Positions 1 to 8,783 of a DNA stretch of 64,000 bases are shown here, piece by piece. A program made the position numbers and the translations under genes. This stretch comes from Barthelona sp. PCE (taxonomy: Eukaryota), in assembly GCA_040285745.1 (NCBI GenBank), contig JAUFOR010000004.1, positions 1 through 64,000 on the forward strand. The letters run 5' to 3'. Positions within the stretch are counted from its first letter, which is position 1. The number at the start of each line of letters is the position of its first letter. A model generated the notes under the pieces. That model saw only the letters and a program-made list of their open reading frames with translations. It searched no databases and was not told where the DNA came from.

Positions 1-268
1 AATCGTACCACAACGCAGCTAAAAAGTGCCCCACAACCAAGCCAATGCCCACACGTGCCCACAATCTTACGTGTCACGCGCCGTGAGCCCTGAGAACCAC
101 ATCAATAAATCTGTGAGGGGATAGAATTGCGAATGCAGTTCTGTTTCACATTCTCGCTTTCTGTTTACGCTTCACGTGTATTATATCATTTTTATATGCC
201 ACGTGCAAACACTGATATTTAATATATATATGCTATCTCAATTTTCACCTACTTCATTACAGCTATTC

Positions 269-2362
269 ATGCCTAGGGTTCGTAAATTCGAGGACGACCT
301 TATCATCAGGGCATATCCTGAGGGGCAGCTGATATTTGAGGGAGAGGGCGTAACATTGATTAAGTCAAGAGAAATCACCGAAATCGGCCTCATTGAAAGC
401 GCTATTGAAGACAAGGACTTTGTTGGGTATGTGGAGGATACGCGTAAGCCTCTTAAGTACACATCTAAGCTGAGAGCTGGAGAATCTTACATGATCATCG
501 AACAGCTTTTTGATGATAGTAACTTTTTAACCCATCTTGATATCTTATTATTTAGTGATATCATGAGCGATGAGCATACAAGAAGGAGAATACCCTTCCC
601 ATTGGAGATGAACAACTTTAGGAGGCCATATAGGAAAATATTTCCGATGGATGAAAACCACTTACTATTCACCATTAGTGATACCGTTAATAACAGGCAA
701 GTGAGGCAGTGCTACATATTAAATGTGCTAACCGAGGAATATAGATGTCTTGGAGATTATGACTCTCAATCAAACATCAATTCAAACTACATTTTGTTAA
801 AGAAATGTCAAGATGATACCATATGGCATTACAATTTTTCTGCAGATGACATGGACGAGGCACATGAACCTGATATTGAGCAGTTAGATGGTGTTCATTT
901 AGAACACTTTAGATGTCTAAACTCGGATTGCATTTTCTCAGTCCTTCAAGGTCATAGATATGGTGAATTGGTAATATTTGACAGTCAAAGGAACCAGATT
1001 AACTTGACAGAAAGGTTTCCACAGCTCAAAGGATTGAATATTAGTAGAGACTCGAATTTTGCATTATTAACGCTAACTCAAGATGTTTTGTCAATGGTAT
1101 TTATTGGATCAGGTATCAAGGTGATTCATATCGAAAACGGTGAATTGAAGATGTCAGAGGGTGAAGTGAATCTTGATAATGTACGCTGCAATGACTTGAA
1201 GCATATAGATTTGAACGATAATTCCTTTCGTGATGATTGTATTTTTTTTGGTACTGATAGAAGAACAAAACGTTATGGCCGAATCAAATTCAGACCAGTT
1301 GATAATGAGGTGTTTCGTTTGAACAGTCTTCAACCAAAGCGAATTTTTTTTGATGGAATAATGGAAGTGTATGATGATAACGCTTCGATAAGATATTACT
1401 TTCTTTTCAAAGAAAGGAAGCTTATTGTGCTGCGTGGGTGTAGGAAACCGTTTTCACATACGAGCTGCGAGATCCTATTAGTTCATCCAAATGAAGGAGA
1501 TGATTTTATTGTATTAACAGAGGTAAATGGTTGTGCATATGGCAAATTATGCTGGACCGGCTCAGAATCCAAGCCAATCACAACCATTTTACCTCATTGC
1601 GGTTCTATAAACCATTGTTTTATTCAAGGGTTGCCATTAAATGTTGACCGTGGTCTGGTGTATTTGGGAAGTGAGCTGATTGTAGAGCTTCCCCGTAATA
1701 TTAGAGTCAAAGGTGTTCACAGTTTACGTTTTGATTATTCAGCATGCATTGTATTTGGTGAAGCAAACCATTTTTTTCGGTTCAATGTCAACGGGTATGA
1801 CGTGGATGTTCAAAATCACATTGTTTTTGAATCTGAATATTCATGTGATGTTTACTTTAATCCTCGTCCATTAGCTGAAACACCTGATCATCAGCTGTTT
1901 GTTGTACATGTACGCAGTAGGGTTGTAACAACGCAACATTTACACTGTTTAGATTGGTCAACAGGAAGCTTCTTAGAGCCTGTTCTCCTTTGGAAGGGAT
2001 CATATGATGATGGAACGGAGGAAGGCAACTATTTCCGTAATTTCGTGGGAGATTCATACATACACGTGAGGGGTGGTATCATTAAAGTATACGTTGAACA
2101 CGGTACAATTAAGACGCGTTTTTTCACTAACAATAATTTCCCTTATGTGAATATAATCCACGATCCAAATCTACCTAACAACGTTATTCAAGACATGTCA
2201 TACGAAGAAGAGACCAAAACAATGGTGCTGAAAACTTACAATATTGAGGAAGACCCGGAATCGATCAATCCCACAGTGGAATCGTTCCACCTTCCATCGT
2301 TCCTGGCGGAGGCTTCCATCGTTGAGTACCACATGCCCGATTATCATGAACAATGTTGTTGA
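269..2362 (+). CDS. Hypothetical protein, unknown multigene family, copy 1 (697 aa from ATG 269; beta-strand-rich, possibly a propeller)
   Basis: Long ORF. ATG 269 (MPRVRKFEDDLIIRAYPEGQ) aligns with the start of the downstream paralogue. Shared C-terminus FHLPSFLAEASIVEYHMPDYH. The ORF-track start at 176 is a non-ATG upstream extension. Confidence 0.85.
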   Translation: MPRVRKFEDDLIIRAYPEGQLIFEGEGVTLIKSREITEIGLIESAIEDKDFVGYVEDTRKPLKYTSKLRAGESYMIIEQLFDDSNFLTHLDILLFSDIMSDEHTRRRIPFPLEMNNFRRPYRKIFPMDENHLLFTISDTVNNRQVRQCYILNVLTEEYRCLGDYDSQSNINSNYILLKKCQDDTIWHYNFSADDMDEAHEPDIEQLDGVHLEHFRCLNSDCIFSVLQGHRYGELVIFDSQRNQINLTERFPQLKGLNISRDSNFALLTLTQDVLSMVFIGSGIKVIHIENGELKMSEGEVNLDNVRCNDLKHIDLNDNSFRDDCIFFGTDRRTKRYGRIKFRPVDNEVFRLNSLQPKRIFFDGIMEVYDDNASIRYYFLFKERKLIVLRGCRKPFSHTSCEILLVHPNEGDDFIVLTEVNGCAYGKLCWTGSESKPITTILPHCGSINHCFIQGLPLNVDRGLVYLGSELIVELPRNIRVKGVHSLRFDYSACIVFGEANHFFRFNVNGYDVDVQNHIVFESEYSCDVYFNPRPLAETPDHQLFVVHVRSRVVTTQHLHCLDWSTGSFLEPVLLWKGSYDDGTEEGNYFRNFVGDSYIHVRGGIIKVYVEHGTIKTRFFTNNNFPYVNIIHDPNLPNNVIQDMSYEEETKTMVLKTYNIEEDPESINPTVESFHLPSFLAEASIVEYHMPDYHEQCC
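2291..2348 (+). repeat. 58-nt block identical to 5111..5168 (3' ends of the two paralogues)
   Basis: cttccatcgttcctggcggaggcttccatcgttgagtaccacatgcccgattatcatg occurs at both positions. A second identical 49-nt block lies at 2050..2098 and 4861..4909. Confidence 0.95.
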
Positions 2363-3010
2363 TAGACTGAAAATCAGATGAACAAATATTCAGACTGGTG
2401 TCCAACAAACATTCTTTACTAAACAAAATAATTGTGATTTTTAAAATTGGTGTGTTCTATGTTATTCCCTTATGAGGTTATTGTGAGTTCTGAAAGATGT
2501 TTTTATGAAAATTCTATAATCAAGATAAAAAGGGCGCTTTGGGATTTTTTTTTATAATTTTTTTCATTCTTTACTTTTGCACATTATTTTTTAATGTATT
2601 TTGAAAATATTATGTTATCAAGAAACGATGACGTAGAACTTTTCGACTTCAATTGGATACCATGTTAACTATTGAATTTCTTATATATGGCAACAGAAGA
2701 CTTGAACGATGAGGGCATTTATTTTTTAAGTTTTCTCTTTCTTGTTTACAAGGAATCATGCTCTGCGTTTTCTAAACATATGTAATGGTGCCTGAACGTT
2801 TTTTATTCGAATTTAACATTTTTTCCGCTTTAAATATTGATTTTTTCTAAACAGTAGTTAATGATAATTGATCCCTATCGTCCATAAAGGATCAGGGGTC
2901 AAGCTTTACAATAAAATTGAATCTTTAAATCTTCACAATTTAAGTAATCAACATATTCTTAAACTGTTATCTCTTTTTTCACTTGTTTCATCAAGGCAAG
3001 CTACTTGCAT

Positions 3011-5188
3011 ATGCCTCGTATCCGTAAATTCGAGGATGACCTTATCATTAAGGCATATCCCGAGGGGCAAATTATTTTTGAAGGTCAGGGTGTTAGAATG
3101 GTCAAAACTAGAGAAGACACTCATTTACACAATCTCATTGATGCTGTTGATGGCGAAGAATTTTGTGGATATGTTAAAGAAACGTGTGAATCACTTCAGT
3201 ATTATTACAAGCGAAAAGCTGGAGCAGGATATATGATCGTTGAACAGCATTTTAGCGAAAATAATCGATTAACTGATCTTGAAATCCTGTATTTCAACGA
3301 AATTAACAGTGATGAACACACAAACAGAAAGATTCGTTTCCCTATTGATGATTTGGATGATTTAGAAAACTATGTATCGAGCGAATTTGTTCCATTAGAT
3401 GAAAACCACATTTTTTTTTCTATTACAGAGGTTGATGAAGAACACCAAAATGGAGAATCGACTCATTGTTTCATTCTCAATATCTTAACAGAGCAGTACA
3501 GATGCCTTGGAGAGTACGAGTATTACTCTATCAGCAACAATTGTTCCATTCAATATCTATTGATGAGCAATTATGAAAATGGTTTTTCGTTATTCCACTA
3601 CAATTTCTGCGTAGATGATATGGACGAGGCTCATGAGCCGGATATCGTACAGCTAGAAGGTGTCCATAATCAAAGTTGTATTGGATGTGACAATGCTCAA
3701 TGTGTTTGTTTTTCTGTTAGTGGCGAGAGATTAGAAGAATTGATCATTTTTGACCGTAAACGAAACCGTGTTGATCTATTGGAAAGATTCCCACAGTTAC
3801 TAGACTTGAAAATATCTTACTGTTCTTGTTTTTCCTTGTTCACATTGACACAAGATGAATTTTCTGCGCTTTTCTATAATAGCTCTATTTGTACTGTTGT
3901 TCATATTGAAAACGGGGAGCTTAAGTCGACAACTGGTGATTTAGGCAGTGCATATATTCAATTTGATAATATAAAACACCTTGACTTGGCGAATTCTTTT
4001 CATAATGAACAATGCCAGTTTTTTGGAACTTGTAATGCAACGGGTGTTTATGGTCCCATAAAGTTTAGAAAAGTCAATAACGAGGTGATTCGATTGCAAA
4101 ATATTAGGCCTCACAGAGTTATGTATGATGGTACAGCACATTTTGCAGACAGCAGTATGAAAAGACAGTGTTACTTTTACTTCAAAGAAAAAAGAATCGT
4201 CACACATAAAAGTGTTATGACTGACGATAGTTTCATGTTCGAAAAGAATTACAGTGAAATATCGATGCACCCGGTTGAGGAAGAGCATTTCTTTATGATT
4301 GCACGGTGTAATGCAAGACAAGGTGCTCCAGAAATAGTTAAAATACACTGGGAAGGCTCAGAATCAAAACCAATAATAACTCCTTTTGAAAATGATGGTT
4401 TGAATTATATTCGCTTAGTTCTTGGGTTACCATTTTTTTTTGAGTACAATGAAAATGTTTGTCAAGGTTTTCTTGGTAAAACAAAAGTATTGGAGCTTCC
4501 TCCAAATGAGTACATATATAATTGCAAGCCTTCAGTCACTGGAAATTCTGTGTGTGTTAGTTGTATTAATTCAACACATTTTTTGCAATTGTTGATCAAT
4601 AATAATGATGTTGAGGTTCAAAAGCACATCACTTTTCATCATGGCGATGGTGTTTCGAATGTATTCTACTGTCATCATCCATTAACAGATACAGCTGACC
4701 ACCAGCTCTTTGTTGTATATACACACAGTAGGGTTGCAACAACGCAACATTTACACTGTTTAGAGTGGTCAACAGGAAGCTTCTTAGAACCTGTTCTCCT
4801 TTATCAGTATTATAAGAATGAAAAAATTGAGGAAGGCCACAGTTTCCTTAATTTTGTGGCAGATTCATACATACACGTGAGGGGTGGTATCATTAAAGTA
4901 TACGTTGAAGATGGTGCAATTGAAACGCATTTTTACACAAACGACAATTTCCCATATTCTCCTAGTATGAAGATAAGCCACGATTCAAATCTGCCTAACA
5001 ACGTTGTTCAGGAAGTTATTTACGAAGAAGAAACCAAGACAATGGTGTTGAAAACATACAATGTTGAGGAAGACCCGGAATCGATGAATCCCACTGTGGA
5101 AACGTTCCATCTTCCATCGTTCCTGGCGGAGGCTTCCATCGTTGAGTACCACATGCCCGATTATCATGCCCAGATGAATAATGAATAG
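3011..5188 (+). CDS. Hypothetical protein, unknown multigene family, copy 2 (725 aa), tandem paralogue of 269..2362
   Basis: Starts MPRIRKFEDDLIIKAYPEGQ. Shares motifs DDMDEAHEPDI, ERFPQL, WxGSESKPI, TTQHLHCLxWSTGSFLEPVLL and DSYIHVRGGIIKVYVE with copy 1. Confidence 0.85.
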   Translation: MPRIRKFEDDLIIKAYPEGQIIFEGQGVRMVKTREDTHLHNLIDAVDGEEFCGYVKETCESLQYYYKRKAGAGYMIVEQHFSENNRLTDLEILYFNEINSDEHTNRKIRFPIDDLDDLENYVSSEFVPLDENHIFFSITEVDEEHQNGESTHCFILNILTEQYRCLGEYEYYSISNNCSIQYLLMSNYENGFSLFHYNFCVDDMDEAHEPDIVQLEGVHNQSCIGCDNAQCVCFSVSGERLEELIIFDRKRNRVDLLERFPQLLDLKISYCSCFSLFTLTQDEFSALFYNSSICTVVHIENGELKSTTGDLGSAYIQFDNIKHLDLANSFHNEQCQFFGTCNATGVYGPIKFRKVNNEVIRLQNIRPHRVMYDGTAHFADSSMKRQCYFYFKEKRIVTHKSVMTDDSFMFEKNYSEISMHPVEEEHFFMIARCNARQGAPEIVKIHWEGSESKPIITPFENDGLNYIRLVLGLPFFFEYNENVCQGFLGKTKVLELPPNEYIYNCKPSVTGNSVCVSCINSTHFLQLLINNNDVEVQKHITFHHGDGVSNVFYCHHPLTDTADHQLFVVYTHSRVATTQHLHCLEWSTGSFLEPVLLYQYYKNEKIEEGHSFLNFVADSYIHVRGGIIKVYVEDGAIETHFYTNDNFPYSPSMKISHDSNLPNNVVQEVIYEEETKTMVLKTYNVEEDPESMNPTVETFHLPSFLAEASIVEYHMPDYHAQMNNE

Positions 5189-6067
5189 CTCCATTACCTT
5201 AGCATAAAAAAGGACACTTTTTTTGAAGACTTGTTGGTCCTGATCAGGATGATCCTGTAATTGATTTTGAACAGAGAATGGAATGGTAGATATCTTTTGA
5301 TTAAAGATTCTGATGACTACTCGGTGTACGAGTATTCAAATGAGATGATTATGTATGTTAAGCTTTCGAATTTTGAATGCCGGCAATATATGGTTTGGTT
5401 TTTTATAACTGATGATGGCTTTGTTGTCTTGGGTCATCACTACGGAAATTGTATTTACGACGGGCATACTGGAAAGATGACTAAGGAGACAGAAACATAT
5501 TGCTTTGAGGAAGAGACGTATGGATTCTGTGTTTCATCAACTCTTAATGGCGGATATATGTGCGCTGCTGGTATGTGCGGAGAGCTTTTGGTGGTCAAAG
5601 TATCATTAAGTGAAGAAGATAACCGTTTCTCTATTAGTTTTGAAGAGATATTTAATGATGATATGCTTGCTGAAGAAGGTTTTACGTCAGTTCATTTAAG
5701 TGCTGACGACAAGACTGTATTCGCCCTTACTGATGATAATACGATCTATATCCAGTCAATTGAAACTGGTGTTGGATTAGTAAGAGATTACAACCGTCCA
5801 CAACAATAGGTGCTTGTTTGTGGGACGTCTGAAGCGGGATATTGGCTCAGTGACTACGGCTGCAAGTGTTTTTGTCGTGTTGAAAAAAATTTCTCTGTTG
5901 GTGCTCTAATCAATACAAAAAAAGAATGTCGTTTCATTAAATATACTTCTGACTTTGAACAGGCGATTTTTCTAAGCGAAAGTAGACTCATTACTAAACA
6001 ATTGGATTCAATGGAGGAAATTTCAAGTATTGCATTCGATATTGATAATGTTGCTGTTCTCACATAA
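5181..6067 (+). pseudogene. Probable pseudogene of a WD40/beta-propeller-like protein
   Basis: ORFs 5261..5809 and 5810..6067 are in frame and separated by one TAG (QQ*VLVCG). The longer ORF begins at a TTG after a TAA. The upstream ATG 5181 frame (MNSSITLA*) stops early. A WD-like segment FTSVHLSADDKTVFALTDDNTIYIQSIETG is present. Confidence 0.6.
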
Positions 6068-6080
6068 AAAGTGCAATTGT

Positions 6081-7283
6081 TTACATAGGCTTCATGGAGT
6101 CAGGGATGCGGTAGAAACCAGAGGGAATGAAAGGCATTTTTTCAACAGTTGCAGGGAACTTACGACCACGAACTTCAACAAATATCTTGGTCCCCTTCTT
6201 GGCGAAAGATGTATCGACATAACCCATACCAATTGGCTTGTTTAATACCGGTGACCAGGTACCAGAAGTGACTTCACCAATGACATTTCCATCAGCATCA
6301 TAAATTGTAGCGTGTTCTCTTGCCGGTGCACCTTTTGAAATAAATCCAATGCGCTTTCTGACAGTTCCATTTTCCATATGATCCTTAATGCGATCAAATC
6401 CAGGGAATCCACCCTCCTTTCTACGTCTTTTTGTGATGAGCCAAAGGAGGTTTCCTTCAACGGGTGTAGTTGTTGTGTCAATTTCATTACCATAAAGGCA
6501 CAGGCCAGCCTCAAGGCGTAAAGTATCGCGTGCACCTAACCCAGTAGGTGCAACATCCTCTTCACTGAGAAGAACAGCAGCGATATCGTTTGCTTGCTCA
6601 AGCGGAATACTGATTTCAAAACCATCTTCGCCTGTGTAACCACAACGAGAGACAAAACAAGGAACACCTTCAATTTCCATATGAACTTGACACATGAAGG
6701 GAAGTCGACGGAGGTCAACTGTTACGTGACGTTGAAGTGCTTCCACAGCCTTAGGACCTTGGAGAGCGAGCAAACCTCTATCGGCAGAGATATCCGTGAA
6801 AGAAACATCCATACCACTTTCAGCAATTTTCTTCTCAAAGTGCTTGATGTCATTTTCTTTGGTTGCAGCGTTAACAACCATGAAACAGTGATCATAATGT
6901 CTTGTGATCATTAAATCGTCAAGAATAGTCCCGTTTTCGTCATCAGAAAGAAGAACACTAAGTTTAGTGCGTCCATAACCCAATCCATCAATATCACAAG
7001 GTGTTATCGAGGCTAGGAACTTCTCGCGGTCTTCACCGTGCCATACGAGCTGACCCATATGAGAAACATCAAAAAGAGATGCCTTATTTCTGCATTGATG
7101 AACTTCATCAGAGATTTGGTTCCCTTCAAACTTGATAGGCATTTCCCAGCCACAGAAGTCCACGAACTCACCACCCAAAGCTTTTTGAATGTGATAAAAT
7201 GGAGTTCTTTTCAGAGGAGTGTTCGAATGTGATGCAAATCGAAATACGTTAGATAGAATCGTGTTCTTGGCACGTTTAAGCAT
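6081..7283 (-). CDS. AMT: Glycine cleavage system T protein (aminomethyltransferase) with N-terminal mitochondrial/MRO-type presequence
   Basis: Motifs FxDFCGWEMPI, SLFDVSHMGQ, VSRCGYTGEDGFEI, GLGARDTLRLEAGLCLYGNEI and GEVTSGTWSP. The leader MLKRAKNTILSNVFRFAS is basic with no acidic residues. Confidence 0.97.
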   Translation of the reverse strand: MLKRAKNTILSNVFRFASHSNTPLKRTPFYHIQKALGGEFVDFCGWEMPIKFEGNQISDEVHQCRNKASLFDVSHMGQLVWHGEDREKFLASITPCDIDGLGYGRTKLSVLLSDDENGTILDDLMITRHYDHCFMVVNAATKENDIKHFEKKIAESGMDVSFTDISADRGLLALQGPKAVEALQRHVTVDLRRLPFMCQVHMEIEGVPCFVSRCGYTGEDGFEISIPLEQANDIAAVLLSEEDVAPTGLGARDTLRLEAGLCLYGNEIDTTTTPVEGNLLWLITKRRRKEGGFPGFDRIKDHMENGTVRKRIGFISKGAPAREHATIYDADGNVIGEVTSGTWSPVLNKPIGMGYVDTSFAKKGTKIFVEVRGRKFPATVEKMPFIPSGFYRIPDSMKPM

Positions 7284-7355
7284 TATTACTGATGTGAAGA
7301 TGGTTAAAAAACAAACAGCAAGAATAAATAAGAAAATTTCAATACTCTCATTTCT

Positions 7356-8762
7356 TTACTCTTCAGATTTTTCAGCATGTTCATCTGACTTGGCATCCAG
7401 GAAATCATCTGCGTCTTGCAAACGTTCAACTCTTCTTAAAGAATTGGAACGAACTCGTTGGACAATGTCATCTTCAACTGTTTCTTCTTCCTTTTCAAAT
7501 TCCTCAACAGTTTCAAAGGAGAAAAGAAGAGCATCTTCAGAATCTATTGGCACCAGATTCTCTTCAACACGCCAAACAGACGTATCTTCAGGAAGCTTAT
7601 AGTGTCCTTCACGTTCCATGTGGATAAGAAGGGAACGATGATTCTTAAATGACTGATTGCAATGAATGCACTTGTGTACCTTTACGTTTTTGCGAATGTA
7701 AGTTATCATTTGAACCATACCGTAGTAATCGAGTTCAAGATCAGCGTATATAGCATGTAAGTCCATACCGTGATTAGTAAGTACGTGTCTGATTGCCTGG
7801 TTGGCAGAAGGTAACATCTCCTTGCAAAACAGGCACGTGCATATACAATCAAGATCATGTTCTCCTTCTTCAGCAACCCAATCGTTAACACTTTCCTCAG
7901 TCTGCTCAACAGGTGTGCTGTTTTGGGCACTTCTTTCTTTATCCACGTCTTGCCAAGCCATACCAGGATTTGCGTAGTTGACCAAGTAGAAACGATCCCA
8001 ATAGGAATTATTGGCATCAAGCTTAAAGTGTCCCTTCTTACGCATGTGCTGTTTCAAAACGCGTGGGGACTTGAATGTACGATCACAAAATAGGCACATA
8101 CAAGATTGAACACGTTCCTCCATCGTATCACAGAAATCTGCAATGTTAACTAAATTATCGGGACGACCGACGTTGAACTGGTGTACATGTAACATATGTG
8201 TAAAGTATGATTCAGTTTGTGTGAAGTTTTTGTTGCAGAAAAGACACTGACGCTTAAAGTAGTATTCTTTTGAACGTTCAAATTCCTTCAATTGGAGCAT
8301 CTGTTTCAGCTTCATTTGGTTGATGGTCTGTCTGAGTTCCATGTCCCACTCAAAAACGTCAGGATCAACAACAACAGTATCATTTGCTGCATATGGAACA
8401 TACTCACCAATTTTAAAGATTTCCTTCAAAATACGGTAGTAGCGGGGCAAATCAGCAATGTTCTTTGGATTCTTGATGTGAATATTGTGATAAAGCTGTA
8501 AATGAAGCACTGAGTCTTCAACTTTCTCAAAGAGAGTTGGGCAAAAAGGACAAATAACCTGATCTGAAGGAAGAATGTCCTGACTGATGAGTGCATTAAT
8601 GTCAAATTCAGTAAATTTGGAAGGCTCAAAGATCCCTTTTGCTTCTCCCATTAAGTAATGCATAGGGTTCAACTCTGCAGGGATGAACGGCCTCACATTG
8701 GTAGGAATGTGTGTTTTAGGAGAATCTGTAGTCATTGTAAAGGGAAAAGAATAATTATCCAA
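7356..8762 (-). CDS. ZNF277: Zinc finger protein 277-like (C2H2, Rei1/ZNF277 type)
   Basis: Several widely spaced C2H2 fingers plus ZNF277 signatures HQFNVGRPDNLV, CLFCDRTFKS..LKQHMRKKGH, DRFYLVNY and LDYYGMVQMITYIR. Confidence 0.88.
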   Translation of the reverse strand: MDNYSFPFTMTTDSPKTHIPTNVRPFIPAELNPMHYLMGEAKGIFEPSKFTEFDINALISQDILPSDQVICPFCPTLFEKVEDSVLHLQLYHNIHIKNPKNIADLPRYYRILKEIFKIGEYVPYAANDTVVVDPDVFEWDMELRQTINQMKLKQMLQLKEFERSKEYYFKRQCLFCNKNFTQTESYFTHMLHVHQFNVGRPDNLVNIADFCDTMEERVQSCMCLFCDRTFKSPRVLKQHMRKKGHFKLDANNSYWDRFYLVNYANPGMAWQDVDKERSAQNSTPVEQTEESVNDWVAEEGEHDLDCICTCLFCKEMLPSANQAIRHVLTNHGMDLHAIYADLELDYYGMVQMITYIRKNVKVHKCIHCNQSFKNHRSLLIHMEREGHYKLPEDTSVWRVEENLVPIDSEDALLFSFETVEEFEKEEETVEDDIVQRVRSNSLRRVERLQDADDFLDAKSDEHAEKSEE

Positions 8763-8783
8763 GTTTTATTTCTAGAATCCACA

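Noticed and set aside
2363-3010. ORF 2868..3236 and possible coding remnants between the paralogues
   Set aside because: Non-ATG start, out-of-frame overlap with copy 2, and no recognisable similarity.
5807-5809. In-frame TAG as a sign of stop-codon reassignment (TAR=Gln) or programmed readthrough
   Set aside because: TAA, TAG and TGA all end genes in this window, TAA and TAG at the expected ends of conserved ones, and the >9,000-codon ORF contains no TAR codon. The locus has other lesions, so decay is the simpler explanation.
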